Part shown: positions 60,890 through 64,000 of the stretch, piece after piece | Layout of the letters: each line of letters starts with the position of its first letter | Numbering within the stretch: the stretch's first letter is position 1 | Assembly (NCBI GenBank): GCA_965206845.1 | Contig: OZ242221.1 | Location: 1,408,001-1,472,000 of the forward strand | DNA: 64,000 bases | Origin: Cenarchaeum sp. | GTDB lineage: Archaea > Thermoproteota > Nitrososphaeria > Nitrososphaerales > Nitrosopumilaceae | Reading direction: 5' to 3' | Notes under the pieces: generated by a model | What the model saw: only the letters and a program-made list of their open reading frames with translations | Database searches by the model: none | What the model was told of the DNA's origin: nothing | Made by a program: the position numbers and the translations under genes

Positions 60890-61684
60890 CTACTCTGCCG
60901 ACAGATCCCAGTAGTCTGCGTGCTCTTGCTTCTCGGTGGGCTTTTCCAGCTTCTTCCACTCCTTGAATGAGCGCACGTACAGCTTTACGTTGTGTACCTG
61001 TGCGGACTTTAGGGCATAGTACGCAAGGCCAGAGAGGGTGCCCACGCTTCCGCAGTACGTTATGATCTCGCCGCCCTTGCGGATGCCGCGGTTCTCAAGC
61101 AGCCTCCCCATCTCCGACGGGGATCTGAGAATCTTGTTGTCAGACGCCAGAGTCCGGTACGGGATGTTTACGGCGCCTGGTATGTGCTGCTCAAGGTAGT
61201 TCAGGCGCTCCCTGTTGTCAAGCAGCGTGACGCCGTCACGGCCCTTTGCCTGCTCCAGGTAGTCTGACGTTGCCAGTATGCTGGGGTTCAGATTTATCGA
61301 GTGCGTTCCTGGCCGGATCTCCGGGGTGCCGCTCTCGCTCCCAAGTCCTAGGGCCTTCCACCCGCCGTACGTCGTATCCAGCAGGGAGACGCTGCCGTGC
61401 CCCAGATACTCCAGGGTCCACGCCATCCGGGACGCCAAGGCGCCAAAGGTGTCATCGTATACCGCCACTGCAGTCTCGTCGCCAATTCCAATGTGCCCCA
61501 CAAGCTCCGCCACGCGCCCGGGGGAGTCGTCCTTGAGCAGGCTGGCAAGCGGGAGGTTTACGGCGCCCGGGATGTGATCCCGCAGGTACTCGTCCCTCTT
61601 TCTTACGTCCACCACCCGGACGCTCCTGTCACGGATCTCAGAGTCTAGCGAGTCTGCGTCTACCGTGATGCGCCCGGCGGTCAA
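60890..61684 (-). CDS. Tandem-domain rhodanese/sulfurtransferase
   Basis: Two HIPGAVN motifs and active-site loop YCGSVG; TTG start overlaps the reductase stop. Confidence 0.92.
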   Translation of the reverse strand: MTAGRITVDADSLDSEIRDRSVRVVDVRKRDEYLRDHIPGAVNLPLASLLKDDSPGRVAELVGHIGIGDETAVAVYDDTFGALASRMAWTLEYLGHGSVSLLDTTYGGWKALGLGSESGTPEIRPGTHSINLNPSILATSDYLEQAKGRDGVTLLDNRERLNYLEQHIPGAVNIPYRTLASDNKILRSPSEMGRLLENRGIRKGGEIITYCGSVGTLSGLAYYALKSAQVHNVKLYVRSFKEWKKLEKPTEKQEHADYWDLSAE

Positions 61685-63480
61685 GCAGCACACTCACCCT
61701 TTCCGGTTCTTGTGTGATACGAGCCGTCGCTGCCAAAGTCGGCGTAAAAGTCCGCATCGTCCTTGATGTCAGGCGGAACCATGAACTCCTGCAGGAGTGA
61801 CCTGATGTCGCCTACGGATCCAACTTCGGAGTCCTCGTTTCCGCTGACTATCCGGTGTATCCACGACTTGAGGCTGTCGCCTGGCTTTTTGTTCTGCCGA
61901 AAGACGTCGATTACCTTCAGTATGGACGGGATTACCCGCTTTGCGGGGACTCTTGCGCAGTGGACGCCCAGCATCGTGTTCCCGTCGGAGCGGCCTCCCA
62001 GGGACATCTGGTACACCGGGTACATGTTCCTGCCAACCCTGCCACCGCCACCATGGAATCCTATTGTGGCTATCTCGTGCTGTCCGCAGGAGTTGGGGCA
62101 TCCGCTGATCTTTATGGTCGAGTCCCGGAGGTCATCGTCCCGATCCAGTCCGAGTTCCAGAAACTTTCTCTGAATCTCCTTTGCCAGCCTGTGGGAGTTT
62201 GTCAGCGCCAGGTTGCATGATGTGGTGCCAGAGCAGCCCACAGGCGTCGCCATGGTAAGGCCGCCGGACTTTGCAAGGCTGAACTCCCGCAGCCTAGAGT
62301 ACACCGCCGCGAGATCGTCCTCGCGGATGTAGCGCACTACAATGTCCTGGCTGAAGCCGGCTCTGGCGGATCCCTCGGCGGAGTAGTCGCGGCAGACGCC
62401 TGCCAGCGTCCGCAGCTGGTTTGCCGTAATGTCACCCGCCTCCAGCGTAATGAATGCGGTGCGGAACCCATCCTGCTTCTGTTTGGTGGTGTTGGACTTG
62501 AGCCACCTTGCGAACCCTGCCGGCTCTGCCGTACTCTCGCCGGAGACCCGGACGGGGTTTGTCACCAGCGCCGGCTCCTCCGTCTGGAGGGTGGCAATGA
62601 GTGACTGCGTGGCCCTCACTATGGCCCGTTCCTTTAGTACCAGGTTCTGGAACCTGTCCCATCCCATCTCGTGAACCAGGTACCGCATCCTGTTTCGGGC
62701 CATGTTTTTCCTCTCTCCCAGCCGGTCAAAGATTCGAAGCACGGCCACCGACGTGTACAGCAGGTCCTCCTCCGGGGTAAACTCCTCTAGCAGGTGCCCC
62801 ACAAACGACTTGTTTCCTAGGCCGCCACCAAGAAATATCTTGAATCCCCGCTGCTCTCCTGCATCGGTGCTCCGGATCTGGGGAAGCAGTCCCACGTCCA
62901 CCATCCGGATCATGCCGTGCTCCTCGCAGCAGGTAAAGTTAAACTTGAACTTCCTTGGCAGGTTCTGGCACAGGGGGTTGCGCAGGAAGAACTTTGCGGC
63001 AGACACCGCGTATGGTGTGGCGTCAAAGGACTCTGCCGGGCATACGCCGGATACGGGGCTGCACATCACGTTTCTCACGGTGTTGCCGCATGCCTCGCGG
63101 GACGTCAGCCCGACCTCTGCCAGCTCCCTGATTATCTCCGATACGTCCTCCAGGATCACCCAGTGCAGCTGGACGTTCTCCCGGGTCGAGACGTGTGCGC
63201 TCCCGATCGAGTACGTCTCGCTGAGTCTGGCCAGCCGCTCCAGCTGCGCGGGGTGAACCTCACCGGCGGGCAGCTTTACCCTGACCATGGCATAGTCGCT
63301 GGTCATTCTCGTGCCGTAGGCGCCGTGTTGTAGGCGGTACCTGCGGAAGCTGTCCGCGTCGTACTTTCCTTGGCGGAAGAGCCTGACCGTTCTTGCAAAG
63401 TCCTCTGCCTCCTTCAGGCTACCCCACATGTTCCGTACAGGTGGATCACGATGCAGATGCTGCAAATCAGAGACTGTCAA
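61681..63480 (-). CDS. Ferredoxin-dependent sulfite/nitrite reductase
   Basis: STRENVQ, LPRKFK, CSGTTSC and SGCPNSCG siroheme/4Fe-4S motifs; TTG start about 25 bp after a TTTATA box. Confidence 0.93.
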   Translation of the reverse strand: MTVSDLQHLHRDPPVRNMWGSLKEAEDFARTVRLFRQGKYDADSFRRYRLQHGAYGTRMTSDYAMVRVKLPAGEVHPAQLERLARLSETYSIGSAHVSTRENVQLHWVILEDVSEIIRELAEVGLTSREACGNTVRNVMCSPVSGVCPAESFDATPYAVSAAKFFLRNPLCQNLPRKFKFNFTCCEEHGMIRMVDVGLLPQIRSTDAGEQRGFKIFLGGGLGNKSFVGHLLEEFTPEEDLLYTSVAVLRIFDRLGERKNMARNRMRYLVHEMGWDRFQNLVLKERAIVRATQSLIATLQTEEPALVTNPVRVSGESTAEPAGFARWLKSNTTKQKQDGFRTAFITLEAGDITANQLRTLAGVCRDYSAEGSARAGFSQDIVVRYIREDDLAAVYSRLREFSLAKSGGLTMATPVGCSGTTSCNLALTNSHRLAKEIQRKFLELGLDRDDDLRDSTIKISGCPNSCGQHEIATIGFHGGGGRVGRNMYPVYQMSLGGRSDGNTMLGVHCARVPAKRVIPSILKVIDVFRQNKKPGDSLKSWIHRIVSGNEDSEVGSVGDIRSLLQEFMVPPDIKDDADFYADFGSDGSYHTRTGKGECAA

Positions 63481-64000
63481 CTTGTATATTCCTTCTCGCG
63501 CAGATATAAATTTTTGATCCGCGTTGCGGCATGCGGTCAGCAGACTAGGCCGCCTCCGCCAGGTTAAGCGCAAAGCTGGTATGGGATGTGGGGGACTGGG
63601 CAGACCTGTGCCAAGTTTCCGCATTCTGCCGTATCTGCTATTGTCGCGCCTAGATCTTCACATAGAAACATTCGCGCCTGCATGGCCTGTTGCCGGTTTT
63701 GTCCCGTGCCGGTGCATGCTTTCATGCCATCCCTGGGCGCGTCCGGGCAGGCGCTTCGCCGGGCACCCTCAAACGGCCCTGCCTGTTCTGCACCGGCAGC
63801 CTGGCTACGGGGGGGGGGGCGGAACCGGCTGTACCAGATAGCAACACATGCAGGGCGAATAGTGGACTCCCGCGGTACGCCTCTTCTAGCGACTCCCAGA
63901 ACAGCCTGATTGCAGCAGTGGCAATCAGCGCAGAGAGGATAATCTGAAGATGCCTGCCCCCAGCCTCTGGGACAGCCTGACTCCCAGCAGTCCGCCGCTA

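Noticed and set aside
63500-64000. Short repeats (ACAGCCTGA, GACTCCCAG) and a G-run at the window end
   Set aside because: Too short and irregular to support a feature, and cut off by the window edge

Overview
Archaeal chromosomal DNA that looks like a GC-rich ammonia-oxidising archaeon (Nitrososphaerota, Nitrosopumilaceae/Cenarchaeum-like, possibly host-associated). This placement is inferred from gene content: phaEC, DUF373, DUF424, the eIF1A-RIO1-KH-top6B-top6A cluster, stand-alone ATP synthase subunit F and lineage-typical secreted proteins. Core genes (purA, pyrF, uppS, pyrDK, carAB, eIF2-beta, sulfite/nitrite reductase, rhodanese) alternate with accessory DNA. Top observation: carB is interrupted in the conserved GEFDYSG motif by a 22-nt frame-breaking insert (44820-44841). 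The insert folds into a bulge-helix-bulge/loop structure whose canonical tRNA-splicing-endonuclease cut sites restore the frame exactly, so it is a candidate mRNA intron. Second: an accessory island (about 15.4-25.8 kb) carries a divergent cyanase (cynS), an FNT transporter, a ClC-CBS protein and an Lrp regulator. Also present: a secreted six-Cache-domain repeat protein, a 2231-aa repetitive surface protein, a YwbE-Schlafen fusion, an HNH nuclease, two IS5 transposases, a 138-bp MITE in three copies, and a nested IS1595/ISH3/MITE/IS3 cluster. No CRISPR array, rRNA or convincing tRNA was seen. Family assignments come from motif recognition by eye, not database searches.
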